A DNA stretch of 64,000 bases, taken from positions 1,324 through 65,323 of the forward strand of contig DGHT01000022.1 of the NCBI GenBank assembly GCA_002392765.1, given 5' to 3'. Shown piece by piece: positions 23,359-31,625 of the stretch. The stretch comes from Verrucomicrobia bacterium UBA3841. Its GTDB lineage: Bacteria; Verrucomicrobiota; Kiritimatiellia; RFP12; UBA1067. Every line of letters begins with the position of its first letter. Position 1 is the stretch's first letter. Position numbers and translations under genes: made by a program. The notes under the pieces are model-generated. The model saw nothing but the letters and a program-made list of their open reading frames with translations. It did no database searches and was not told the DNA's origin.

Positions 23359-24405
23359 ATGAGAATGAAGAGCCTCAACATATATGCTCTCGCGAACGAA
23401 CTGAACCTCGGAGACCCGAAGTCCGGCACAATACGCGTGCCCTTCGGCCGGTGGGACTTCGGCGCGAAGAAGCTCGACGACGGCCGCACCGTGTTCTTCG
23501 TCCAGGAGCTGACGAAGGACGGCGCGGAGCGGATGGCCGCGAAGATCAACGCGGGCGTCGCGGACGGCGAGAAAGGCGTCCCGGTGTACTGGGGGCACCC
23601 CGACGTTCCGGAGCTCGCGCACAAGTACCCCGACAAGCGCGCCAAGGGCTGGATCAAGTCCGCGGCGGTCGATGCGGACGCGCTCGTCCTGGGCGTCGAA
23701 TGGCTGGAGGAGAACGCGACGGACGGCTTCGGCTGGTTCTCGCCCTACTGGGGCGGCCCGGCGACGGACCTCGGAGAGGGGCGCTACCTGAAGCACCTCG
23801 ACTCGCTCACGTCGGTCGCCTTGATCAACATCCCCAACATACAGGAATTTCGCCTTGCAAACGAGTTGCATGGCGGCTTAAACAACAATGAAACCGGCGC
23901 TATCGCCGGGGAAGGAGAAAAGAAAATGGATCGAGTGAAGCTCATCCAGGCCCTTGGGCTCCCGGAGACCGCGACGGACGAAGACATCTTCGCGGCCATC
24001 GAGAAGAACAAGGCAGCTGCGGCCGACGCCGCGACGAAACAGGCAGCCGCCGAAGCCGAAAAGGCGCAGGCAGAAACGGAGAAGGACGAGGCGAAGGCGG
24101 AGCTCGCGAACGAGCGCGCCGCGCGCTGCGGGCTTCTCCTGGACCAGGCGATCGCCGAGGGGCGCATCAGCGTCGCCGGCCGCCCCGCGTGGGAGAAGCG
24201 CCTAAAGGACGACTTCGCCGCCGGTTCGGTCGCCCTCGCGAACGAAAAGCCGCTCAAGACCGCGAGCGCGGTCACGCAGACGCCCGCCGCCCAGGCGAAG
24301 GTCGATCTCGTCGCGCTCGCGAACGAGCGGATGCAGAAGAACCCCTCCCTGACCTATCCCGCGGCGTTCGCGGCGGTCATGAAGGAACACCCCGAAGTCA
24401 AGTAA
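23359..24405 (+). CDS. Mu I-like prohead protease/scaffold
   Basis: ..IRVPFGRWDFG...FVQELTKDGAERMAAKINAG.. N-terminal domain, then an Ala/Glu-rich coiled-coil C-terminus (scaffold-like). Lies between portal and capsid. Confidence 0.7.
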   Translation: MRMKSLNIYALANELNLGDPKSGTIRVPFGRWDFGAKKLDDGRTVFFVQELTKDGAERMAAKINAGVADGEKGVPVYWGHPDVPELAHKYPDKRAKGWIKSAAVDADALVLGVEWLEENATDGFGWFSPYWGGPATDLGEGRYLKHLDSLTSVALINIPNIQEFRLANELHGGLNNNETGAIAGEGEKKMDRVKLIQALGLPETATDEDIFAAIEKNKAAAADAATKQAAAEAEKAQAETEKDEAKAELANERAARCGLLLDQAIAEGRISVAGRPAWEKRLKDDFAAGSVALANEKPLKTASAVTQTPAAQAKVDLVALANERMQKNPSLTYPAAFAAVMKEHPEVK

Positions 24406-24422
24406 ACGAAAGGTAAAAGCAA

Positions 24423-24794
24423 ATGAATGCAATCCACCAGAACGGCAAGGCCACGTTCACGGCCGGTGCCGCAATCGCCAAGGGCGAGTTCGTGAAGTTC
24501 TCGTCCGGAAAGGTCGTCAAGGCCTCCGCCGCGACCGACGTCTGCATCGGCGTCGCGCTCGATTCGGCGGCAGCCGACGGCGACATCATCCCCGTGCAGC
24601 TCCTCTCGAGCGGCGACACCGCCCTCGTCAAGGCGGGCGGTGCGGTCGCGCAGGGCGGCACGGTCTCGTGCCTCGGCACGACCGTCTCCACGGCCGGCGC
24701 GCTCCAGTACGGCATCGCGCTCGAGGCGGCCACCGCCTCCGGCCAGATCATCAACTGCATCGTCGGACTCCCGGCGGTCATCAAGATCAGCTAA
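24423..24794 (+). CDS. DUF2190-like capsid decoration/cement protein
   Basis: FTAGAAIAKGEFVKFSSGKVVKASAATDVCIGVALDSAAADGDIIPVQL. Directly upstream of the capsid gene. Confidence 0.65.
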   Translation: MNAIHQNGKATFTAGAAIAKGEFVKFSSGKVVKASAATDVCIGVALDSAAADGDIIPVQLLSSGDTALVKAGGAVAQGGTVSCLGTTVSTAGALQYGIALEAATASGQIINCIVGLPAVIKIS

Positions 24795-24819
24795 GTTGAA
24801 ACCCAAGAAAGGCAATCAA

Positions 24820-25800
24820 ATGAACATGAATCCGTTCAACATTCTCGCATCCGGCACGGCGGCGAAGCCCGGCCAGGTGTTTCTCGCCAACGAGGGCGCG
24901 GTGGACAACCAGTTCCTCTCCGAGGCGCTCACGCAGTACTCCGTCGGCTGGACGTCGCCGGACGGCAAGCTCGAGGCGCTCCTCCAGACGCTCACCGGCG
25001 CGCCGGTCGTCGTCCCGAAGCGCTTCAGCTTCAAGAAGATGAACAACGCCAAGGCGTTCGCCGCCGTCGAGAACGACGAGGACGTGCGCGCGATCGGCGC
25101 GGACTTCAAGCGCGTGACCGTCGGGGGCTCGACCGTCGACGCGCACACGGTCTCGAAGGGCCTGACGCTCCGCATCGACCGCGACGAGCTCAACGACAAC
25201 CCGCAGGCCGAGCAGGACGCAGTCGCCTACCTGAAGACGATCCTCCTCCGCGGCGAGATCATCCGCGCGTTCGCCGGTCTCAACGGCGCGGCGACGGGCG
25301 GCAAGGCCATCACCGCGACCTGGACGGCAGCCGCCAAGGCCGACGCCGACGCGGAGATCCTCGCGCACCTTCAGACGCTCGCCGACGACTCCGGGCTTCT
25401 CCCGAACCGCGTCTTCTTCGGCGCGACGGCGTTCGCGAAGCGCTTCACCACGATGCGCGCCTCCGCCGCGGTCGCCGTCTCGAACGGCGCGGGCCTGACG
25501 CCCGAGCAGCTCGCGGGCCTCTACGCCGTGGACACGGTGAACGTGTGCAACGAGCGCTACCAGACCGGCAGCGGCAAGGCGACGCTCGTCTCCAACAACG
25601 TCGTGCTCCTGTTCAACGCGCAGGGAAGCGGCGTGAAGGACGACCCGTCGAACATCAAGCGGTTCGTCACGAAGGTGAACGGCCAGGACTTCGCGGTGTT
25701 CCGCGAGGAGAAGGCGGCGGGCGTCGACGTCACGGTGGCGCACCAGTCGCTCATCGCGATCACGTCCGGCCTCGGCATCGGCAAGATCACCGTCTCGTAA
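24820..25800 (+). CDS. Major capsid protein
   Basis: 326 aa after the protease and decoration genes. Start MNMNPFNIL at 24820. Followed by a very long hairpin. Confidence 0.7.
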   Translation: MNMNPFNILASGTAAKPGQVFLANEGAVDNQFLSEALTQYSVGWTSPDGKLEALLQTLTGAPVVVPKRFSFKKMNNAKAFAAVENDEDVRAIGADFKRVTVGGSTVDAHTVSKGLTLRIDRDELNDNPQAEQDAVAYLKTILLRGEIIRAFAGLNGAATGGKAITATWTAAAKADADAEILAHLQTLADDSGLLPNRVFFGATAFAKRFTTMRASAAVAVSNGAGLTPEQLAGLYAVDTVNVCNERYQTGSGKATLVSNNVVLLFNAQGSGVKDDPSNIKRFVTKVNGQDFAVFREEKAAGVDVTVAHQSLIAITSGLGIGKITVS

Positions 25801-25802
25801 GA

Positions 25803-25895
25803 AGTTGAAAGGTTGAAAAGTTGAATAGTTGAGAAGTTGAACAGAGGCAAGAACCTTTCAACCTTTTAACCTTTCAACTTTTCAACTTTTCAACC
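25803..25895. repeat. Long hairpin whose arms are tandem 8-mers (GTTGAAAN x5 / NTTTCAAC x5)
   Basis: agttgaaaggttgaaaagttgaatagttgagaagttgaac - agaggcaagaa - cctttcaaccttttaacctttcaacttttcaacttttcaacc, immediately after the capsid stop. Confidence 0.9.
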
Positions 25896-25899
25896 TGGG

Positions 25900-26361
25900 A
25901 TGGAGCGAAGCGACATGAACTGGAGAGCAGTTGACGAAAACGACCTCGCGGCGACGACCTCGCAGGGCGAGATCGACGCATTCCGCCAGGACGCCTCGCT
26001 CGACGGCTCCGATCCCGTGGCGCGGCTCCTTAAGCGCACCGTCGCGATGGTTCGCGGCTACATCGCCACGAACGGCAAGGTGCGCCGCATGGGGCCCTCG
26101 GGGACTCTCCCCGAGAGCCTCATATCCCCCGCGATGGACTACGCCGCGGCGGACGTCCTCAAGCGACTCGCCGTGCCGCTCAACGACGACCGGCGCAAGG
26201 CGCGCGAGCGCGCGGAGGACCTCTTCAAGGACGTCGCGGCGGGGAAGTACACTCCGGAGAGCGACGACGCCGACGACACCGCGTCTACCGACGGTCCGGC
26301 GATCGAAGTAGTCTGCACCGTCCGCGACCGCGTGAGCGCGGCAAAACTGGAGGGACTGTGA
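25900..26361 (+). CDS. Head-tail adaptor, Mu gp36/DUF1320-like
   Basis: 153 aa after the capsid gene. ..EIDAFRQDA...RTVAMVRGYI..LPESLISPAMDYAAADVLKRL.. resembles the DUF1320 pattern. Confidence 0.45.
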   Translation: MERSDMNWRAVDENDLAATTSQGEIDAFRQDASLDGSDPVARLLKRTVAMVRGYIATNGKVRRMGPSGTLPESLISPAMDYAAADVLKRLAVPLNDDRRKARERAEDLFKDVAAGKYTPESDDADDTASTDGPAIEVVCTVRDRVSAAKLEGL

Positions 26362-27659
26362 AAATATCCAATGTGAAAATGTTGCCAATATCCAGTTCCA
26401 ATTCCAATTGGAAACTGGCAACATTGGTACTGGCAACAATGGCAACGATGGCAACATTCGCAAAGACCTTCGACGTCGACATCTCGACCGGGCGGCCCGC
26501 CGCGTCGAACGAGGCATACTACCACGGCGAGACGATAGAGTTCCGCGCCGTCCGCGGCAGATCCGTCGTCACCAACGTCGAGTACAGCTGCGTCTGGTAC
26601 ACGACAAACAACTCGTCCTCCGTAGCCTCCGGCGAAGGAGGATGGTGGAAGACCGACGGGCTTGTCTTTCACCCAAGCAACGACGTCGGCGCGGCGAGCT
26701 ACAGGTTTTTCATGGAGGGCCGGGACGAAATCGGCCGCGACTGGCACGCGAACGGGCTTCTCCGGCTCCTGGATTCTCCGGGGTTCGCGCCCAATGCGCT
26801 CGAGCTGCCCGTAAAGACGATCGACTTCGCCGCGGTCCAGGCAGCGAACGCGCCCTGGATCGAGACGGAGGCGGACCCCACCGTGCCCGGCTGGGCGAAA
26901 TCGGAAGCGCAACCGCTGCCGCCCGACTACGAGACAGTCTCCAACCGCGCGATGAATGCCGCGCTTGCCGCGGACACCTGCACCAAGGCGCAGCTGGACG
27001 CGCGAATCCGGGCTATACTCGCGACCAACACCTACAACCTGGCGGCTAATGCCGGGTACTATCTCGTTGTCCGCGACCTTGCCGTCGCTTTCGGCGCGAC
27101 CGTCACGAACGACCCATACGCCATCCCGCCAGCCCCCGCGCCGTCGCCGGAGCCTGCGCCGTCCATCCAGACGCGGCGGATTGCGATGTTCATCATTCCC
27201 GTCAACTCCGAGACGAACGGAATTTTCTGCGGCTTCGAACTCAAGGCCTCGACGAACAATTTCTCGCACGCGGCGGACGAAGCGGCCCGGTTGCAATACT
27301 ACGCCCAATCCGAAATCGCCGACACGGGCATGGAGGGTACGAACATCTGGGACCGCATCCGCATCTATACCGGCACGTCGCACGGCACGGATGACGTCCG
27401 CGCCTACACGCGCATACCGAACACCATCGAATGGCCCTGGCCGCTGACGAGCGTTGTCGCGCTAGTCGATGCATCGTGCCTGGTGCGCCATCCGTCCGGC
27501 GATTGGCTGCGCGAGGACAACGAGGAAATCGTCTGGTGCTACCTGCGCAACCGCGCGCTCTCGCCGCCCTACGAGCGGGAATCCGGCACGGCACACGGCC
27601 TCTGGCGCCCGATCGCTCCCGTCAGATGGTACAAGGAGTTGCCCCCATGGGCGCGGTAG
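26358..27659 (+). CDS. Hypothetical protein (start uncertain; possible Ig-like N-domain)
   Basis: The 5' end is built from an inverted repeat and a 9-mer array (LATLVLATMATMATFA). Alternative ATGs at 26379, 26439 and 26448. Confidence 0.5.
   Translation: MKISNVKMLPISSSNSNWKLATLVLATMATMATFAKTFDVDISTGRPAASNEAYYHGETIEFRAVRGRSVVTNVEYSCVWYTTNNSSSVASGEGGWWKTDGLVFHPSNDVGAASYRFFMEGRDEIGRDWHANGLLRLLDSPGFAPNALELPVKTIDFAAVQAANAPWIETEADPTVPGWAKSEAQPLPPDYETVSNRAMNAALAADTCTKAQLDARIRAILATNTYNLAANAGYYLVVRDLAVAFGATVTNDPYAIPPAPAPSPEPAPSIQTRRIAMFIIPVNSETNGIFCGFELKASTNNFSHAADEAARLQYYAQSEIADTGMEGTNIWDRIRIYTGTSHGTDDVRAYTRIPNTIEWPWPLTSVVALVDASCLVRHPSGDWLREDNEEIVWCYLRNRALSPPYERESGTAHGLWRPIAPVRWYKELPPWAR
26378..26457. 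repeat. Inverted repeat plus 9-mer array TGGCAACNN x3
   Basis: aatgttgcca (26378-87) pairs with tggcaacatt (26416-25) around a ttccaattggaa palindrome. Then tggcaacaa tggcaacga tggcaacat (26431-57). Confidence 0.8.
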
Positions 27660-27725
27660 GGGCACGCGTCCGCCCGCGATCGCAACGGTTTTTGCAGACC
27701 AAACCAAGAAAGGAAAAAAACAAAA

Positions 27726-28727
27726 ATGAAAAAGACAACGATACTCGCCGCTATCGCGGCAACCGCAATCGCGGCTATCGCCGCCGGTCGCACTCCGGCC
27801 GAAATCCGCGACGCAATCTCCGATATCGCGGCGCGCGACATATCGCAGGCCGAGAAGAGCGCCGCCCGGGTCGACCTCTTGCGCGGCATGTCCGAGGCCG
27901 AATGGCGCGCGTGCTTCGACGACGTTCTCGCCTACGCGGCCGACAAGCCATACAAGGAGGGGGAGAAGTGCAATTCCGCCGTCTACAATTACGCATTCTT
28001 CAAGGGCTTGAATCTAGTCAACTTCTTAGGCAGAGCGAAGGATCTGCCGTTCGATTCGCGTGCGCTCTGCGCCGAGTATGACGAGCGCTTCGCCGCGCTG
28101 CATTTCATCAAAACACTCCCGCCGTATGCCGCGTGGCCCAAAATGACAATCGAGCTCATGCACCGCGCGAGGTACTACGAATTGTGCCCGACAACCGCCG
28201 CGAAAATTGAAGCCAGCATTGCCGCGGGGAAGAATAAGTGCGACGTGTCCGGACAGACTTTCGCCCAGCATGTCCGCGACATGGCCGAGGCGCTCGCGTA
28301 CGCCAACGATGCGTGGGGGCGGCAGTATGCGACCATGTCGGAAAAGTTCGCCGACGATCTCTGCAAACGGCTCTCCAAGAGCGCGCTCAAGGCCGTCAAG
28401 CGCTCATTGCGCGCCAAAGGGAAATCGTTCGTTGCGAAGGTTGGCGGGGAGAATCCCGTCGAGGCCCCGGTCAATGCGCTGACGGACGCGCTCAATGCGC
28501 CGCGCTTCGCGGGGCTTGTCGAATGGTGCGACGAGTGGTGTCCTGAAGCGTCCGCCGAAGCTGCGAGGCTGATTGCCGCGTTGCCGGGCGAGGAGGCGAT
28601 CGCCGCGTTAAAAAATGGCGTATTCGTCGGCGAACTCGACTTCAACTCCGCGCGCAGGGCGTGGTTGCGCATGTGCCTGGGCGTTGAAGAGTACAACGAG
28701 TTCATCCGCCAGTACAACGGCGATTGA
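27726..28727 (+). CDS. Hypothetical protein with N-terminal signal/anchor
   Basis: MKKTTILAAIAATAIAAIAAG.. No recognised domain. Confidence 0.5.
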   Translation: MKKTTILAAIAATAIAAIAAGRTPAEIRDAISDIAARDISQAEKSAARVDLLRGMSEAEWRACFDDVLAYAADKPYKEGEKCNSAVYNYAFFKGLNLVNFLGRAKDLPFDSRALCAEYDERFAALHFIKTLPPYAAWPKMTIELMHRARYYELCPTTAAKIEASIAAGKNKCDVSGQTFAQHVRDMAEALAYANDAWGRQYATMSEKFADDLCKRLSKSALKAVKRSLRAKGKSFVAKVGGENPVEAPVNALTDALNAPRFAGLVEWCDEWCPEASAEAARLIAALPGEEAIAALKNGVFVGELDFNSARRAWLRMCLGVEEYNEFIRQYNGD

Positions 28728-28733
28728 GGGCGC

Positions 28734-28824
28734 GTGTAAAGTGTAAAAAGGGAAAAGGAAAAGTGAAGGAATAATAGAAATGAAACCCATCCGCAACTTT
28801 ACACTTTACACTTTACATTTCACA
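28734..28824. repeat. Hairpin with heptamer arms (GTGTAAA x2 ... CTTTACA x4) enclosing a start codon
   Basis: gtgtaaagtgtaaa (28734-47) and ctttacactttacactttacatttcaca (28797-824). The ATG of the next ORF (28780) lies in the loop. Confidence 0.85.
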
Positions 28825-29388
28825 CTCTCTTGCGCGGCGCTGGCGGCGGCACGCGAGAAGGTAGAGCCTGCGACACCCGCGCGGGCCCCCGCGTCCGAAA
28901 CCCCGGCCGCCGGGGAAATTTCGCGGATGGGCGGGGAAATCACCCGGGCCGCCGGGTTTTACACCCGGGCCGCCGGGTTTTCTTCCCCGGCCGCCGGGAA
29001 CGCCGAAAGCGTCCTCGCCGCGGCGTTTGCGTCGGCGAACGCGGCGGATATTCCGGCAATCCTCGCCGCGGCGTTTGCGTCGGCGAACGCGGCGGATATT
29101 CCGGCTATCCTCGCCGCGCTTCCGGCGGACATGCTGGATTCCGCCGCGCCGGAAATTGCCGCGACGCTGTACGCGGCGCTACTCAAATCTGCCGCGCCCA
29201 GCCTCTCGCCTGCCGCGCTTGCCGACGCAAAACGCGAGTGGTACGAGCGATTTGCCGCGGACGGCGGCTCGCGCGCAAGTTGGATTCTGCGGCGCGCCAA
29301 GACGCTTGCGGAGCGCGGCGAATCGACGGACGCTCTGCGCGCGGCGTTTTTGTCGACGCTCGAGCGTTGGATGCAAGAGGAGGATTGA
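28780..29388 (+). CDS. Hypothetical Ala-rich protein with internal tandem duplication
   Basis: Contains LAAAFASANAADIPAI x2 and RAAGF x2. Confidence 0.45.
   Translation: MKPIRNFTLYTLHFTLSCAALAAAREKVEPATPARAPASETPAAGEISRMGGEITRAAGFYTRAAGFSSPAAGNAESVLAAAFASANAADIPAILAAAFASANAADIPAILAALPADMLDSAAPEIAATLYAALLKSAAPSLSPAALADAKREWYERFAADGGSRASWILRRAKTLAERGESTDALRAAFLSTLERWMQEED
29013..29119. repeat. 48-bp tandem duplication (about 2.2 copies)
   Basis: cctcgccgcggcgtttgcgtcggcgaacgcggcggatattccggcWat at 29013 and 29061, with a partial third copy. Confidence 0.9.
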
Positions 29389-29391
29389 ACC

Positions 29392-29847
29392 ATGCGGAAA
29401 CTGTACGAGTTGGGACCCGATTCCGAAGTTGCCGAGCCGTCCGACGTGCCGACGGTCCCGTCCAACGTCAGCGCATTCGCGAACGACGCGGGGTATGTGC
29501 GGCGCTATGCGCTTCTTGCCGCGGATGTCGCGTACTCCGGCGCGACCGCGTCCGCCGCGCTGCGAGACCGCGCGGTGAACGGTGTCGACCTTTCCGGGCA
29601 TGCTTCGACCGCGGCGCTTTCGCTGTCGTTCCCAGAGGCGTCGAGCGGGTATGCGCGCGATTTCTTTGTCCGGCTCACGGTGGATGCGGGCGCGGCGTCC
29701 GCACCGACGGTGACGTTGCCGACGGGCGCGACAATTGATTTCGGTTCTGATTCTCTCGACGATCTCGATGTCGGGGTCAACCTGTTGCTGTTTTCGGAGA
29801 TCGCGGCGAATCATTGGCTTGTCGGCGTGAAGGGCCCGGAATCATGA
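29392..29847 (+). CDS. Putative fibre-associated protein
   Basis: SNVSAFANDAGY motif (FxNDxGY-type motif common at phage fibre N-termini). Confidence 0.35.
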   Translation: MRKLYELGPDSEVAEPSDVPTVPSNVSAFANDAGYVRRYALLAADVAYSGATASAALRDRAVNGVDLSGHASTAALSLSFPEASSGYARDFFVRLTVDAGAASAPTVTLPTGATIDFGSDSLDDLDVGVNLLLFSEIAANHWLVGVKGPES

Positions 29848-30554
29848 TTGCCGCGCACCATAGCATGTTGTCGGCGGCAAAGTCCGCACCGCTGTTGCCG
29901 GATGGGTACGTTGAACTGCCGTTCGTCAATACAAACGGCGACACTGTTTCCGGGGATGCGAAGAAGGTGAACAGCGCGGCAGCGTTCAACACTGGTTTCA
30001 CGCCGTCCGCGGCAACGGTAGTCGAGACGTCCATTTGTCCCGGCGACAACGGCACGGGGGAGTGGGAGACTTTCATCGGGGGGAGCGACAACGGCGATGC
30101 GCGGACCGGTGCGTGGCTGTTGAGACGATGGGGGCATTTTGCGCAATTTTGTTTTTCCGTAAATGCATGGGTCGGGGATGCGTATGCTAGTGGCGCGAGG
30201 TCGTCAGAATTCATAAACGCGACGTCCTGGGTGCAGCTAAGAATCAGGATTGGGTCGGTGGTATACAGGGTTGATGGAGCGGAGGAGACAGTATCCGTCC
30301 CACATAGCCAGTCGTTTTCCGGTGTTGCGCCGATATGGATAGGCGCATCAGGCAGGAAAAACTACTCTAACAGTTATCGAGGTTGCAAAGCTCTGTTTGG
30401 CCGGACGACCATCACCGAGGGGGGCGTACTTGTTAGAGATTACATTCCGGCAAGGCGGACAATCGATTCCGTATGCGGCTTCTACGATCTCGTCGCGGGA
30501 GAGTTCAAGCCTTCCGAAGTACCCAATCATGTATTTACAGCGGACGGATACTAA
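29844..30554 (+). CDS. Putative fibre/receptor-binding jelly-roll protein
   Basis: ATG 29844 overlaps the upstream stop. GYVELPFVNTN...FNTGFTPS...VVETSI...WETFIGG pattern parallels the N-terminus of the host surface protein 50834..53752. Confidence 0.4.
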   Translation: MIAAHHSMLSAAKSAPLLPDGYVELPFVNTNGDTVSGDAKKVNSAAAFNTGFTPSAATVVETSICPGDNGTGEWETFIGGSDNGDARTGAWLLRRWGHFAQFCFSVNAWVGDAYASGARSSEFINATSWVQLRIRIGSVVYRVDGAEETVSVPHSQSFSGVAPIWIGASGRKNYSNSYRGCKALFGRTTITEGGVLVRDYIPARRTIDSVCGFYDLVAGEFKPSEVPNHVFTADGY

Positions 30555-30565
30555 CGAGGATCGCC

Positions 30566-31102
30566 ATGACACGCTACTACACCTACAACCCAACCACCAA
30601 GAGCCTGACCGTCGCGCCGCGCGTGATTGTCGAGGACGGCAGGACGCTCATTCTCGGCACGGCGGCCGATTACGCGCGATATCTCGGCGCGTATCCTCTC
30701 GCGCCTGCCGCGCCCGCGCCGGAACCGCCGGAGGGCAGGGTCGCCGTTCCGGACGGGTATGCGCTGCAAGACGGCGCATGGGTGCGCTCCTACCGCTACG
30801 AGGACGCGCCGGCACCGACAATCGCGGATTTCGACGCCGCAATGGAGGACCACTTGCGAGCCGAGTGCGAGGCGCGCGGGTACACGACCCGCGAACCCGA
30901 CGCGTACCTCAACAGCGAAGTGCCGCGCTGGGCGAGCGACGCCCGGGACTGGGTTCGCCACCGCGACAAAACGATGATGTACGCGCTCGAGATCATGAAC
31001 GCGGTCGAGGCCGGAGAGCGCGAGCCGCCGACATTGGCAGAGTTCAGGGCGGGGCTTCCCGCCATACAATGGAGTGTGGCTGCAAATGCACTTGACGCTT
31101 AA
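30566..31102 (+). CDS. Tail-fibre assembly/chaperone-like protein
   Basis: Follows the fibre-like gene. ..RWASDARDWVRHRDKTMMYALEIMNAVEAGEREPPTLAEFRAGLPAIQW resembles the C-termini of fibre-chaperone families. Confidence 0.3.
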   Translation: MTRYYTYNPTTKSLTVAPRVIVEDGRTLILGTAADYARYLGAYPLAPAAPAPEPPEGRVAVPDGYALQDGAWVRSYRYEDAPAPTIADFDAAMEDHLRAECEARGYTTREPDAYLNSEVPRWASDARDWVRHRDKTMMYALEIMNAVEAGEREPPTLAEFRAGLPAIQWSVAANALDA

Positions 31103-31625
31103 GATATCCGAATCGGATCTGGCCGACCTGCTGCCAAGCGAAAACAAGCTTGCGCAGGCCGCTGGCCGCGGCGTATCCAATGCGGTCAAGCGACATCTGG
31201 CGGAACGGGACTCCAGGGCGAGGCCTGACGACGGAATGCCGCATACAGGTTATTACGGAGATGCGGCGGGAGGCGTCACTACCGACGTATCCGGCAAGAT
31301 GGCGGTTGTCACGATTCACAAGGAGGGTGTCGCGCTGCACTATTACGGCGGCGTCGTATATCCGACGAAAGGACACAAAGCGCTTGCCATACCGAAAAGC
31401 CCGGCGACAGCGGGAAAGCGTCCCGCCGAAATCGATCCCGACCGTTCGCGGTTCGCGCTCGTATGGCCCAAGGGAAAGACCGTTGGAACGCTGCGCGACA
31501 AAAAATCCGGGGACATAGTGTATCTGCTTGTCAGCAAGGCGACGATTAAAGCAGACAAGACCATCCTCCCGACAGAGGACGAAATGTTCGAAGCCGGCAA
31601 GTCCGCGATGGAGGCGATACTATGA
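31074..31625 (+). CDS. Virion morphogenesis / HK97 gp10-like protein
   Basis: Adjacent to the MuF-like gene. ..SNAVKRHLAE...VTTDVSGKMAVVTIHKEGVALHYYGG.. The start could be 31074 or 31086. Confidence 0.3.
   Translation: MWLQMHLTLKISESDLADLLPSENKLAQAAGRGVSNAVKRHLAERDSRARPDDGMPHTGYYGDAAGGVTTDVSGKMAVVTIHKEGVALHYYGGVVYPTKGHKALAIPKSPATAGKRPAEIDPDRSRFALVWPKGKTVGTLRDKKSGDIVYLLVSKATIKADKTILPTEDEMFEAGKSAMEAIL

Noticed and set aside
25803-25895. Possibility that the short tandem arrays (here and at 17617, 21292, 28734 and 36049) are CRISPR arrays
   Set aside because: The units are 7-9 bp, contiguous and without spacers. There are no cas genes. The arrays are degenerate and often paired as inverted arms.
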